From positions 132,742,001 through 132,806,000 of the forward strand of contig NC_135655.1 of NCBI RefSeq assembly GCF_964188315.1: a stretch of DNA of 64,000 nt. The letters are read 5' to 3'. The notes below the pieces were generated by a model. That model did not search any database and was not told the DNA's origin. It worked only from the letters and a program-made list of their open reading frames with translations. The position numbers were made by a program, and so were the translations under genes. This document shows positions 11,240 to 43,579 of this stretch, piece after piece. Position 1 is the first letter of the stretch. Every line of letters begins with the position of its first letter. The DNA is from Podarcis muralis (lineage: Eukaryota).

Positions 11240-11470
11240 TAACAGAATAAATGATATCAGGAGGGAGCTGCAGCCCAAGACAGGAAATGAGGTGGTAAGG
11301 AAAAACCTAGCAAATCTCAACAGTTAGTCTGTGGGCACTTTAGAAAAGGATGTGGCAATTACTAAGACCCAGCATGGGTTTCTTGAAAACAAGCCAGACA
11401 AATCTCGTTTCTTTTTCTTTTTTTGGAGTTACAAGTTTGGTGGATCAGTGGAATGCTGTGGACATAAATA
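11240..11470 (+). mobile_element. Degraded CR1 RT fragment
   Basis: LEKDVAITKTQHGFL...TSLVDQWNAVDI resembles CR1 RT (QHGF motif). Confidence 0.6.
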
Positions 11471-11926
11471 CCTTGACATGGGCGTATCCAAGAGGACAGC
11501 TGCCCTCCCCAATCAAGTCAATAAAGAAAAATACTTAACTCAAAGTAGAAATAATCTGAGTATTTGAAATTAAAATGCTCACTGAGGTCACTTGGATGAT
11601 TTTGGGGCACATTCTAGCAACACAACTGGCAACCCAGAAAGGCCCTTTCACTGGGGCAACTGTGGTAACTAACTGTGGTGGAAAAAGGACAAACAAAATT
11701 GAGAACATGAAGCAATTTTCTCTGTTTACTTGTTAGGATTTCCCATTTAATAATGGTTTCTATTGTTTAATCCATACAGTGATTTATAGTATTTTAGTCT
11801 CAAGTCTGCTCTAAAATATTATTAGCATTAAAATCCAGTAATTCAAACATTCCCAGAGAATAAGAATATAAAGAAAATTCCTCAAAGAAAAGTTACAAAA
11901 ACATTTAGACAAACAGGTTTGTAATA

Positions 11927-11932
11927 TTTATT
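11927..11932 (-). terminator. Candidate distal ITM2B poly(A) signal AATAAA (further candidates at about 12077-12082 and 12352-12357)
   Basis: TTTATT on the plus strand about 560 nt past the stop, in an AT-rich 3'UTR-like tract; which site is used cannot be told from sequence. Confidence 0.45.
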
Positions 11933-12489
11933 TTCACTGCACATACATAGCATATATACACGTCAGTAACATTCCGTTACTGCTTAACTTTGTTACAGCA
12001 GATGCTTATACTAGAACAGCAACTTGGAAATCAAACTTAAATGAAACTGTATTAAAAGAAGAAAATGAATTGCACTTTTATTACAAATTGTTTTCCCAAT
12101 GCTTCCCCAACATTGCAAGTAATATGCTATTAAAAATCTCAAGAGTTGCAGACCATTTGTGCATGTATTCTTTATAATAAATTCAGATGAATTATTCTCC
12201 AATTTTACTCTAAGATGGGATAAATTATTGACCTGGTATTACTTAAAGGTTCATTACATGAAATGTACTAACAACTAAGACTTTATATAGCAGCTATTCG
12301 AACATATAAAAAGGGCACCATGCTTCAAAATATGGGAAAACGTTAAAAAGGTTTATTGTAAGATAAAAAGTGTTGGCATTCAGCTATAAAGCCTTGTCCA
12401 CTACTTACATAAATGACTTAAAATAAAGATCACTGCACGTAATATAAAGGGCGGGGCCAATGTGTGTATTTTCAGTCACTACAGTGTGT

Positions 12490-33590
<21,101 letters not shown>

Positions 33591-34234
33591 GATGGCGGCG
33601 GGGGCTGAGGGGCGATCCCGGGAACTTCCGGCTCTCCGCTGGGCTGGCGGCGGCGGAGGGTGGGGCTGGGGCCTAGGTGCGCGCCGCTCCTGCGCCTCTG
33701 CCTCCCTTCCCTGCGCTCTCCGCCTCCGCCTCGCTCAGGCAAGCGACCGCGGAAGAGGGCGGGGCGAGGGAGGAGCCAAGGCCGCGCCGCCCGCCCCGAC
33801 CAGGCCCTGCGGCGGAGGCACCGGGCCCGGGGGAGCCGCCGGGCGAAGCTGCCTCAGGAGCCACCCGCGCAGGAGAGGCGCGCCAAAGGCGGACGGCTCC
33901 TCCTCGCCTGTGGCTGTTCAACTGGCCGGGCCCCGTTGGGGCAGCCGCCCCCCTCGAGGGCAGCTCGCCCGGCTGCCTCCCCGCAAACCCGCACCTGGCC
34001 AGCGGGAAAAGAAACGTCTTTCTCCCTAGCCCGCAAATAGGGCAGGCCCAGGGCTTTCAGAGTGAACCATTCACAGTGGGATCAGGTGTTAAACAGGCTT
34101 GGGTTGTCACCCCAGTTTATTTTTTTCATGGCCATGATCCTACACATTGTCAAAGGGAAACTCCCCACCGGAGTAGAAATCATTTATCGAACAGATGGAA
34201 ATCTCTTTCATTTGAGTAGGCTGAAAGCAAAGAG

Positions 34235-34842
34235 TTGTTGTTGTTTAGTGGTGTCCGACTCTTCGTGACCCCCTGGACCAGAGCATGCCAGGCACTCCTG
34301 TCTTCCACTGCCTCCCGCAGTTTGGTCAAATTCAAGCTGGTAGCTTCGAGAACACTGTCCAACCATCTCGTCCTCCGTCGTCCCCTTCTCCTTGTGCCCT
34401 CCATCTTTCCCAACATCAGGGTCTTTTTAAGATGCTGTCTAGGTTTCTCATTGCTTTTCTCCCAAGAAGCAGGCGTCTTTCAATTTCGTGACTGCTGTCA
34501 CCATCTGCAGTGATCATGGAGCCCAAGAAAGTAAAATCTCTCACTGCCTCCATTTCTTCCCCTTCTATTTGCCAGGAGGTGATGGGACCAGTGGCCATGA
34601 TCTTCGTTTTTTTTGATGTTGAGCTTCAGACCATATTTTGCGCTCTCCTCTTTCACCCTCATTAAAAGGTTCTTTAATTCCTCCTCACTTTCTGCCATCA
34701 AGGTTGTGTCATCTGCATATCTGAGGTTGTTGATATTTCTTCCGGCAATCTTAATTCCAGTTTGGGATTCATCCAGCCCAGCCTTTCGCATGATGTATTC
34801 TGCATATAAATTAAATAAGCAGGGAGACAAAATACAGCCTTG
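34235..34842 (-). mobile_element. Bov-B (RTE) LINE fragment, 5'-truncated with an internal deletion
   Basis: QGCILSPCLFNLYAEYIMR...NINNLRYADDTTLMAESEEELK; typical Bov-B 3' end with (CAA)n tail. Confidence 0.93.
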
Positions 34843-34860
34843 TAAGCAAAGAGTAAGGTC

Positions 34861-35810
34861 ACCATAACTTCCGTCATGGAGCTTCAATATGCTGATGACA
34901 ACCTAGTGTGTGCACACTCAGAGGATGAGCTCCGAATCATCCTAAATATATTTGCAGAAGCTTATGAAAAGCTTGGCCTATCACTCAACATCCGCAAAAA
35001 CAAAGTGCTGCACCAACAAGCACAAAACACCCCTCTGCAGCACCACAAATCCAAGCATAAATCACTTCTACCTGGGCAGCTACCTTTCCACAAGGGCTGA
35101 CATTCATGCTGAAATCCACCATCACCTGAGCTCTGCGAGTGCAGCTTTCTCTCAATTGAGGACTGGGAGATTTGCAGGGAAATCAAAATGCTTGTTTACA
35201 AAGCTATTGTACTAGCAACCTTACTGTAGGCTTGTGAAACATGGACCACTTATAAACGCTATCTCCAACTCCTCGAAAGATTCCATCAATGGGGTGTCTG
35301 AAAATTTTTACACATCACGTGGGAAGACAGGTGAACTAATATCAGTGTACTGGAAAAAGCAAAGATCATAAGTATCAAACAATGATTCTTCAATATCAAC
35401 TTTGTTGAACTGGTCATGTGTGAATGCCAGATTATCGTCTTCCAAAGCAACTACTCTACTCCAAACTTAAAAATGGAAAGCGTAATACTGGTGGTCAGTA
35501 ACAGAGGTTTAAAGACTCTCTCAAGGCATATCTTAAAAGAATGTAGTATAAACACCAACTTGAAAAAACTGGCCTGCGAGCGTTCCAGTTGGAAAACAGC
35601 CTTTACCAAAGGTGTCATGGACTTTGAAGACACTAGAACTCAGGGCGATAAGTAGAAATGTGCATGTTTGGCAAACCCTCACCATGATCAACTTCTGCCC
35701 GGAAACCTATGTCCCCACTGTGGAAGGACATGTGGATCCAGAATTGGCCTCACAGTCACTGTTAAAACCGTGTTCATAGAAGACAATCTTACTCGGCTAT
35801 CAATAATATC
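34861..35810 (+). mobile_element. RTE-clade LINE fragment (not Bov-B), degraded
   Basis: ELQYADD RT motif; C-terminal CPHCGRTCGSRIGL zinc-finger-like motif near 35710-35755. Confidence 0.8.
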
Positions 35811-36410
35811 AATTTGTGGTGTTCCCTTTTGATTTATATATACAACATTTGGTTTACTCTTTGTTGAGACCAGCTCTACAATTCTGTGAGCAAGCTATGC
35901 CTCAAAAGGTGGCCTATAGAAAAAAATAATAATTAAATAACCCAAGCCATGTTTACACTCTTTGCCAATAAAAACTGAATCTGAACCTGCTTTGGTAGTC
36001 TCAGGCAGGAGCAAGGAGTTACACAGAATGAGGTAACCCTGAGTGCTGTTTGAAGACATACACAAAGCCTGCAAGCACAGAGAAAACTCATGAAACCCAA
36101 TAGCTTAAATTTTGGGATACAGCCCCCAATGCAAAGCCTGAATGTAAAGTGCAAACTATTTTGATTTTTTTGTATTGGTCACAGTAACTTTAATAAACAC
36201 TGCCTAGTGATGAGCTATGAGTAATTAAAAACATGAGACAAACCACAGTAATTTTTATTTCTGCCCCCTCCCCCCACCCACCCCGGTTTGTAAATCAAAA
36301 TCAAACTATAAACATATTTTGCTCCATCTGATGAAGTAAGGGGGGAGAAAACAATGAGGATGTTGCCTGGGGGGAGCTGGTCAGTCTCTCTCTCTCCTCC
36401 TTGCTTTTGG

Positions 36411-37280
36411 CACCCAGCTCTACCTCTCTTTTAAATCAGAACCAGTGAAGGCGGTGAAGGTCCTGTGTGAGTGTCTGGAGGCAGTTGGAGGAAGGATGGC
36501 GGCTAACAGATTGAGGTTGAATCCTGACAAGACAGAAGTACTGTTTTTGGGGGGGGGACGGGCTGGGCAGGTGTGGGGGACTCCCTGGTCCTGAATGGGG
36601 TAACTGTGCCCCTGAAGGACCACGTGTGCAGCCTGGGAGTCATTTTGGACTCACAGCTGTCCATGGAGGCGCAGGTCAATTCTGTGTCCAGGGCAGCTGT
36701 TTACCAGCTCCATTGGGTACGCAGGATGAGACCCTATCTGCCTGCAGACTGTCTCACCACAGTGGTGCATGCTCTAGTTATCTCCCGCTTGGACTACTGC
36801 AATGCACTCTATGTGGGGCTAGCTTTGAAGGTAATCCGGAAATTGCAATTAATCCAGAATGCAGCAGCTAGACTGGTGACTGGGAGTGGCCGCCAGGACC
36901 ACATAACACCGGTCCTGAGAGATCTGCATTGGCTCCCAGTACGTTTCTGAGAACAATTCAAAGCGTGCTGACCTTTAAAGCCATAAACGGCCTCAGTCCT
37001 GTATACCTGAAGGAGCATCTCCACCCCCATCATTCAGCCCGGACACTGAGGTCCAGCGCCGAGGGCCTTCTGGCGGTTCCCTCATTGCAAGAAGTGAGGT
37101 TACAGGGAACCAGACAGAGGGCCTTCTCGGTAGTGGTGCACCCTGTGGAACGCCCTCCTATCAGATGTCAAGGAAATAAGCAGCTATCCTATTTTTAAAA
37201 GACATCTGAAGGCAGCCCTGTTTAGGGAAGTTTGTAATCTTTATTGCTGTATTGTTTTTAATACTCGATTGGGAGCCACC
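36411..37280 (+). mobile_element. L2-clade LINE, 5'-truncated; 3'UTR interrupted by a SINE
   Basis: GVILDSQLSMEAQV...SRLDYCNALY.GL...LQLIQNAAARL...HWLPV is the L2 ORF2 C-terminus. Confidence 0.9.
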
Positions 37281-37617
37281 TGTGGGTAAAACCTCAGCGC
37301 CTAGGACTTGCCGATCGAAAGGTCGGCGGTTCGAATCCCCGCAGCGGGGTGCGCTCCCGTCGTTCGGTCCCAGCGCCTGCCAACCTAGCAGTTCGAAAGC
37401 ACCCCCGGGTGCAAGTAGATAAATAGGGACCGCTTTCTAGCGGGAAGGTAAACGGCGTTTCCGTGTGCTGCGCTGGCTCGCCAGATGCAGCTTGTCACGC
37501 TGGCCACGTGACCCGGAAGTGTCTGCGGACAGCGCTGGCCCCCCGGCCTATAGAGTGAGATGAGCGCACAACCCTAGAGTCTGGCAAGACTGGCCCGTAC
37601 GGGCAGGGGTACCTTTA
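37280..37617 (+). mobile_element. Sauria SINE, young subfamily, lacks about 15 5' bases, no TSD
   Basis: B box and body near-identical to the 4020 copy. Confidence 0.92.
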
Positions 37618-37867
37618 AATAAAATTATGATGATGATGATGATTCTCTAGGCAAGCTACTCTCTCTGAGCCACAGCCCCCCACAGTCACTAGCCTCAGTC
37701 TGGAGAATCCTCATATTGCCTTTAAAGGTTTACTGAGATCATGTCTATGAAAGACTTAAACAGTCTGGGAAAAGATTATATAAATACTGTGTTAATACAG
37801 AGTTCTTCTAAAGTAATGTGTAAAACCTGCAGCAAATAAATGCCATGTATTGTTTATGTTTATGTTA

Positions 37868-38211
37868 TGGCCTCGGTCCAGTATATCTGAAGGAGCGTCT
37901 CCTCCCCCATCGATCTGCCCGGACACTGAGGTCCAGCTCCGAGGGCCTTCTGGCGGTTCCCTCACTGCGAGAGGCCAAGTTACAGGGAACCAGGCAGAGG
38001 GCCTTCTCAGTAGTGGCGCCTGCCCTGTGGAACGCCCTCCCATCAGATGTCAAAGCAATAAACATCTACTTGACATTCAGAAGACATCTGAAGGCAGCCC
38101 TGTTCAGGGAAGTTTTTAATATGTGACATTTTAGTGTATCTTTCATCTTTGTTGGAAGCCGCCCAGAGTGGCTGGGGAAACCCAGCCAGATGGGCGGGGT
38201 ACAAATAATAA

Positions 38212-38273
<62 letters not shown>
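37868..38273 (+). mobile_element. L2 3' end with long (ATT)n tail, just upstream of the NUDT15 promoter
   Basis: CCGCCCAGAGTGGCTGGGGAAACCCAGCCAGATGGGCGGGG stem-loop-type 3'UTR and (TTA)n. Confidence 0.9.
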
Positions 38274-38274
<1 letters not shown>

Positions 38275-38479
38275 TTCAGCGTTCATATTAAAAAAATAGT
38301 TGGAAACTAATGTAAATGCAGATGATATAGAGAAAACAATTTGATGGAATCTAACAACAATTAGAAGCAAACAATACATCGATTATTTTAATCCAAAGCA
38401 AAATAATATGAACCCAGCGTCTATTCGCCAAAGACTTCCAGGTGGGCGGCTTTGCCCTCACTCTGCTCTTTTCCCTGCC

Positions 38480-38830
38480 CGTCTGCGCCTGCGCTACGAA
38501 ACCTGGAGCCGCCATTTTTGGATCGGGAAAAGTGGAGGGGCGTGGCCCGGAGGCTCACTGGCGATTGGCGCAGCTGAGGCAATGGTCCCGCCCCCATTGG
38601 GCCAGGCGACGGAGGAGAGCCCCGCCCTTTCCGGTATGGCCTGCGGCCGGGGGCGCCCCGGCGTGGGCGTCGGAGTGGTGGTCGTCAGCTCTGCCCACCC
38701 AGGATGCGTCCTCCTCGGCCAGAGGAAGAGCGCTGTCGGCGCCGGCCTGTTCCAGCTCCCCGGAGGACACCTAGAGTTCGGGTAGGCCTGCGCGGGGCGA
38801 TGACGCCATTCTGCGTCGTCATCAGGCGAC
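38480..38830 (+). promoter_or_regulatory. NUDT15 CpG-island promoter (NRF1-like 38484-38494, YY1 38509-38518, ATTGG boxes 38564 and 38596, GC box 38619-38627)
   Basis: Motifs read directly: TGCGCCTGCGC, CCGCCATTTT, two ATTGG, GCCCCGCCC, TTTCCGG immediately before the ATG. Confidence 0.65.
38636..38781 (+). CDS. NUDT15: NUDT15 exon 1, coding part (146 bp)
   Basis: [48 protein letters not shown](G), then GTAGGC donor. Confidence 0.9.
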
Positions 38831-40648
38831 CTCCGCTGAGGGGCTGGGAGGCAGCAGGCCTGGCAGAAGAGAGATCTCTTGGGATCTGCTCCCCGATTTC
38901 AGTCACTCAGAAAAATCTCTAGTGTCCTAAAAAGAAAGCTAAATCAGGCCCCTATGTTCGTGCAAACTTCGCCTTCTGGTGCAGCCTTATTGCTGGTAGT
39001 GATTTCTTTGGGAACAATATCTTATATTTATATTTTCCTGACTTGGACCAATCACCTCATCTACCGCAAAAGGCTGCCGTGAAGTTCTATAGGAAGTATA
39101 AAATGTCCGCAAAGGGGGACGTGGTGCTTGTCTCATAGGCATCACAGTTTGGTTCCTTTCACCAGACTGATACATCTTAGTACTGCACTATGAAGGGTCA
39201 TGCCTTCTGCTTCCCCACTTTCAAATTAAAGGTAAAGGGACCCCTGACCATTAGGTCCAGTCGTGACCGACTCTGGGGTTGCGGCGCTCATCTCGCTTTA
39301 TTGGCCGAGGGAGCCGGCGTACAGCTTCCGGGTCATGTGGCCAGCATGACTAAGCCGCTTCTGGCGAACCAGAACAGCGCACGGAAACGCCGTTTACCTT
39401 CCCACCAGAGCAGTACCTATTTATCTACTTGCACTTGACGTGCTTTCGTACTGCTAGGTTGGCAGGAGCAGGGACCGAGCAACGGGAGCTCACCCCGTCG
39501 CGGGGATTCGAACCGCCGACCTTCTGATTGGCAAGACCTAGGCTCTGTGGTTTAACCCACAGTGCCACCCGCGTCCCTTACTTTCAAATTAGTACAGCTC
39601 TAATTCGCCCCACTTGTGTTCAATTCAGCTAACTCCTAGGTGTGTGCAGGGGATTGCTTCCAAAGAGGAGCTCTCTCTACTATTTTACTTTTATTTTGGT
39701 TGGTTTTAAAAGAGGATTAGACAATTTCATGGAGGATAAGGCTACCAAGAGCTGCTAGCCATGATGGCTATGCTCTGCCTCCATGGTCGCAGGCAGTTTG
39801 CTGCTGAATATTAGTTGCTGAAAATAACAGGGAGGCGGACTGCTATTGCGCTCAGGTCCGGCTTGCAGACTTTCAGTAGGCATCTGGTTGGTTACTGAGA
39901 AGAGGATGAGCCACATCCAGCAGACATTTTCCCACCTTCGCCGCATCAAGCAGTTGGTCCCTTACCTTTCCCGCCCCGACCTGGCCACAGTGATCCATGC
40001 GACGGTCATGTCCAGGCTTGACTACTGTAATTCGCTCTACGCGGGGCTGCCCTTGAAGCTGGCCCAGAAACTCCAGCGGGTGCAGAATGCTGCAGCGAGG
40101 CTCCTCACGGGGTCTTTGCCATGGGAGCATATTCACCCAGTGCTTTTCAAGCTGCACTGGCTCCCGGTGGAGTACAGGGTCAGATTTAAGGTGCTGGTTT
40201 TGACCTTTAAAGCCCTTCACGGCCTAGGACCCTCGTACCTACGGGACCGCCTCTCCTGGTATGCCCCACGGAGAGCCTCAAGGTCCATAAATAGCAACAC
40301 CCTAGTGGTCCCGGGCCCTAAGGAAGTTAGATTAGCCTCAACCAGAGCCAGGGCCTTCTCAACTCTGGCTCCTGCCTGGTGGAACGCTCTGCCTCATGAG
40401 ACCAGGGCCCTGCAAGACTTGACATCTTTCCACAGGGCCTGCAAGATGGAGCTGTTCTGCCTGGCCTTTGGCTTGGAGCCAGTTTGATTCCCGCCCCCTC
40501 TTTCTTTTTTCCTTTCTCCTCCTGTGAAGTGGCTGCATCTTAATATTTTAATGTTTCAATATTTTAATGTTGTATTTTAATTTTGTTTTTAAGTTGTAAT
40601 CATTCAACTTGTTTTTATTATTGCTTGTAAGCTGCTCTGAGCCCGGCC

Positions 40649-40690
<42 letters not shown>

Positions 40691-42099
40691 TTAATCATCT
40701 GACTGGACTGGATGACTTATCCCCCCTGCAAACCCAATAGAATTGGTCACGGCCAGTTGCTTGAGTACAGGGAAAACACCCCCCCCCATTTTAAATGACC
40801 TAATGGATCCATGTTTTTCATATCTTTGATTCTTTTGAGCCCCCTCTTCACGCCTATATTGTCCCTTAAATGGGCGGGGGGGAGGGCAAAGCCATTCAAT
40901 TACCATCTTTCATGCGGCTTCATGGCTAAGAAGCTGGGCTCTTACTTCAAGCAAATAGAACTGATTATTGCCTTCTCAGTAGAAATAGTATTTCTTTTTT
41001 CTTCTTGCTGTTTAGTGAAAGCTTGGCAGAATGTGCAGAAAGAGAGGTTTTGGAAGAGACAGCCTTGCACCTAACAAACGTTCGCTTTGCATCAACTGTA
41101 AATTCTGTTAGTCTGAAGGATAATTACCACTATGTAACGATCTTAATGAAAGGAGAGGTGGATATGAATTATGAATCTGAACCAAAGAATCTGGAACCTG
41201 ATAAAAATGAAAGTAGGATATTATATTTTTTACTCTTCAGTGAGCATTAGGTAGTTTCTGTAACCACATTCTCTGCATAGTATTAATGTAAGATTATAGT
41301 TTTCTTGTATCATGTATGAAAATGCTGATTTTTTTACTGTTTTTGGTGAGATTTAGGCTGCGACCTTATAAAGTATTACCTTGGGAGTAGACTAGGGTTG
41401 CCATATCTTGAAGAGCAAAAAAGAGGACAGCCCAAGATGGAGAAAGAGGGGTACAGATGCGCATGCCTCTTTCGCCAGCTTGGGTTGGCAGTGGCCGGGC
41501 ATGCAGACCATGTGCGCCTCTTTCCCTGGTTCAGGCTGGCACCGGCCGTGGCATGCAGAGCAGCGGTTGCACAAGAGAAAAATAAATAACCCCTAAACCC
41601 AGACATTTCCTTTAAAATGTAAAAATCTCCCCAGATGGGCATGTTTGCCCCCCAAAAGAGAGGACATGTCTGGGATTAGCCAGACGTATGGCAACCCTAG
41701 ATTAGGCTCTATTCTTTCCAAGATGGGATGGCATTTTGATGGGGACCACATTGTGTGGATGCCGCAAAATACTTGCATGCTTGAGTGGCACCAAGTACAC
41801 AATAAACTGGGTGGAAGCACTCAAATTCAAATGCATCCTGACCCTAGGGATGAAAATATTTGGGTGTTACCTGAGCCAGGTCATAGTTCTGACTTCTGAA
41901 CTTGCAGTAGCTATCATCATTTCTCTCTTTTTCTTTGTTTACAGGTTGGGAATGGGTAAAATGGGAAGAGTTTCCTTCAGCAGATCAACTGTTCTGGGCT
42001 TTATGCTGCTTAAAAGAACAAGGTTACAATCCTTTCACAGAAGAATTTAATCACCTTGTGGGATACACTGGAAATCATTGTGTGAAAAAAGAGTGCTAA
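38636..42099 (+). CDS. NUDT15: Nudix hydrolase 15 (MTH2), complete, 165 aa; exons 38636-38781, 41016-41212, 41945-42099
   Basis: [10 protein letters not shown]...[28 protein letters not shown] (Nudix box)...[14 protein letters not shown]...EPx[36 protein letters not shown] junctions, phases 2 and 1; 197-bp exon 2 as in human. An in-frame upstream ATG at 38582 is possible but lies among promoter motifs. Confidence 0.96.
39229..39577 (-). mobile_element. Sauria SINE, full length, second subfamily (NUDT15 intron 1)
   Basis: 12-bp TSD ACTTTCAAATTA at 39217-39228 and 39580-39591; 3' region differs from the other copies (GGGACCCCTGACCATTAGGTCC). Confidence 0.93.
39702..39907 (+). mobile_element. 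Old CR1 3' fragment
   Basis: TTTAAAAGAGGATTAGACAA.TTCATGGAGGATAAGGCTA, the end of CR1 ORF2 and start of the 3'UTR. Confidence 0.65.
39908..40690 (+). mobile_element. L2-clade LINE 3' part, second subfamily (NUDT15 intron 1)
   Basis: Open ORF2 C-terminus ([14 protein letters not shown]...[12 protein letters not shown]...HWLPV) to TGA at 40487; (TTA)n tail. Confidence 0.9.
41016..41212 (+). CDS. NUDT15: NUDT15 exon 2 (197 bp, Nudix box)
   Basis: tttAG acceptor, GTAGGA donor; REVLEE motif. Confidence 0.97.
41393..41699. mobile_element. hAT (Blackjack-like) MITE in NUDT15 intron 2
   Basis: TIRs TAGGGTTGCCATA / TATGGCAACCCTA; degenerate 8-bp TSD GAGTAGAC / GATTAGGC. Confidence 0.85.
41945..42099 (+). 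CDS. NUDT15: NUDT15 exon 3, coding part (155 bp, TAA stop)
   Basis: Long pyrimidine tract plus acAG; (S)[50 protein letters not shown]. Confidence 0.96.
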
Positions 42100-42375
42100 A
42101 TTTACTACATGGGAAATATGTGTTTTTACAGAGACATTTATTTGTAAAATGAATTCTGTATCACCTGGGAGGGGGTAGTTTTATCTAAGCATGAAGTCAG
42201 CTACTTCCACCAAATGTAGCAATAATCCTTGACACTAAACATGCAGCTTTTTTTTGCCTCTACTCTTCAATCTACAATGGCAAGTAAGATTTTGATGTAA
42301 TAGATATGCACTATTACAAAGCAAGTGTGCAAGAGGATGCAGTAGAGCAGCTTTCCTGAAAGCGTGATGAGCGCT

Positions 42376-42434
42376 GCAACCCCATAGTTGCCTTTGACTG
42401 GACTTAACCGTCCAGGGGTCCTTTACCTTTACCT
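42376..42434 (+). mobile_element. Sauria SINE 3' tip in the NUDT15 3'UTR region
   Basis: GACTGGACTTAACCGTCCAGGGGTCCTTTACCTTTACCT; ATTAAA follows at 42436. Confidence 0.7.
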
Positions 42435-43284
42435 TATTAAATACATGGTTGTTCCTTCCATACCCTGTGTGATAGCACGCTGATTGCTTTTTGAATGTTG
42501 TTTTTGATAAACAAGTATTGTGTTGTATGTTTCATGTTGTGTCTTCCTCACCAAAATAAGTTTCTCTGGCTCAATTTGGAGAGTTACCATCAAAAACAAA
42601 GCACAGAAAAGTAGTTAATACACAGAGTTTAGGGGACCTGTGGCTTTTCAGGTAGGAGAAACTCCAAAATTTCCCCTTTCCAGCCACGAAGAAAGCGAAA
42701 AGACACATTATCTGACAATGAAGGCTTGAATGCCTTTAGGAAAGCAGTGAGAAAAACTTTTCTGTTGACAATATTTAGGAGTGACACATTACTAGTGGAT
42801 GCTGCCAAATCCAGTGACCATTGGCACCCTTTTCCTCTCCCCAAAGGGCTTTCCACAGGAATAATAGATTGCTGGTGCCAGGAATGATTGCTTACAGAGG
42901 GTTTACCCCCCGCTTCTCCCATTACTATTCATCTTGGCCCCTTCCTCTAGATTGCCCACTCCCACAAGAAATTTCTAGACTGAGGGCCACAGGTTGCCAC
43001 CTATTTTAGAATGAGAGTAGCTGGCAGAGCAGTCCCCATGACAACAGGACATGCAATTTTTAAAGGTGGGGCAGCAGCAGCATCTGACGACCAGATGCAT
43101 CAGTCACCACTGCCTTAGCAAAACACACAACAGTATTTTTAAAGATGAAGCAAGCAATTAAATATATATATAGAACTGCCTAACTTGAGGGAAAAGACCA
43201 GAGGAAGCCTAAAATATGGAGATAAAGCAGCTACCATGCAATGCTGCTGCAAAGGAAAAGAAACAACACCTGCAATTTCATAGA

Positions 43285-43490
43285 CCATATTTTTCGCTCT
43301 ATAAGACGCACCAGACCATAAGACACACCTAGTTTTTAGAGGAGGAAAACAAGAAAGCAACGCAAAGCCTCTTGAGCGAAGAGGCAGGAGCGTTCCTGCT
43401 GCGCTCAAGAGGCTTTGTGTGGCATTCGCTCCATAAGACGCATACACATTTCCCCTGGGGGGGGGGTGTGCGTCTTATAGAGCGAAAAAT
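43285..43490. mobile_element. Tc2-like MITE, internally deleted
   Basis: CCATATTTTTCGCTCTATAAGACGCA / TGCGTCTTATAGAGCGAAAAAT. Confidence 0.8.
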
Positions 43491-43579
43491 TAAATGAGGT
43501 GGAAGAAGTTAAGATACCTGCTTACATACCTTCTCTGCAAGCCCAACAACCACCAGGTTTAGCACAAGCCAAGGGTCCT

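Noticed and set aside
38408-38635. Longer NUDT15 N-terminus from ATG 38408 or 38582
   Set aside because: The extension has no similarity to NUDT15 and overlaps CCAAT, GC and YY1 promoter motifs; ATG 38636 gives a length close to human. ATG 38582 cannot be fully excluded without TSS data.
39846-40487. 213-aa sense ORF inside NUDT15 intron 1 as an alternative exon
   Set aside because: It is L2 ORF2 C-terminus with its own 3'UTR and (TTA)n tail; NUDT15 exons 1 and 2 join in frame without it.
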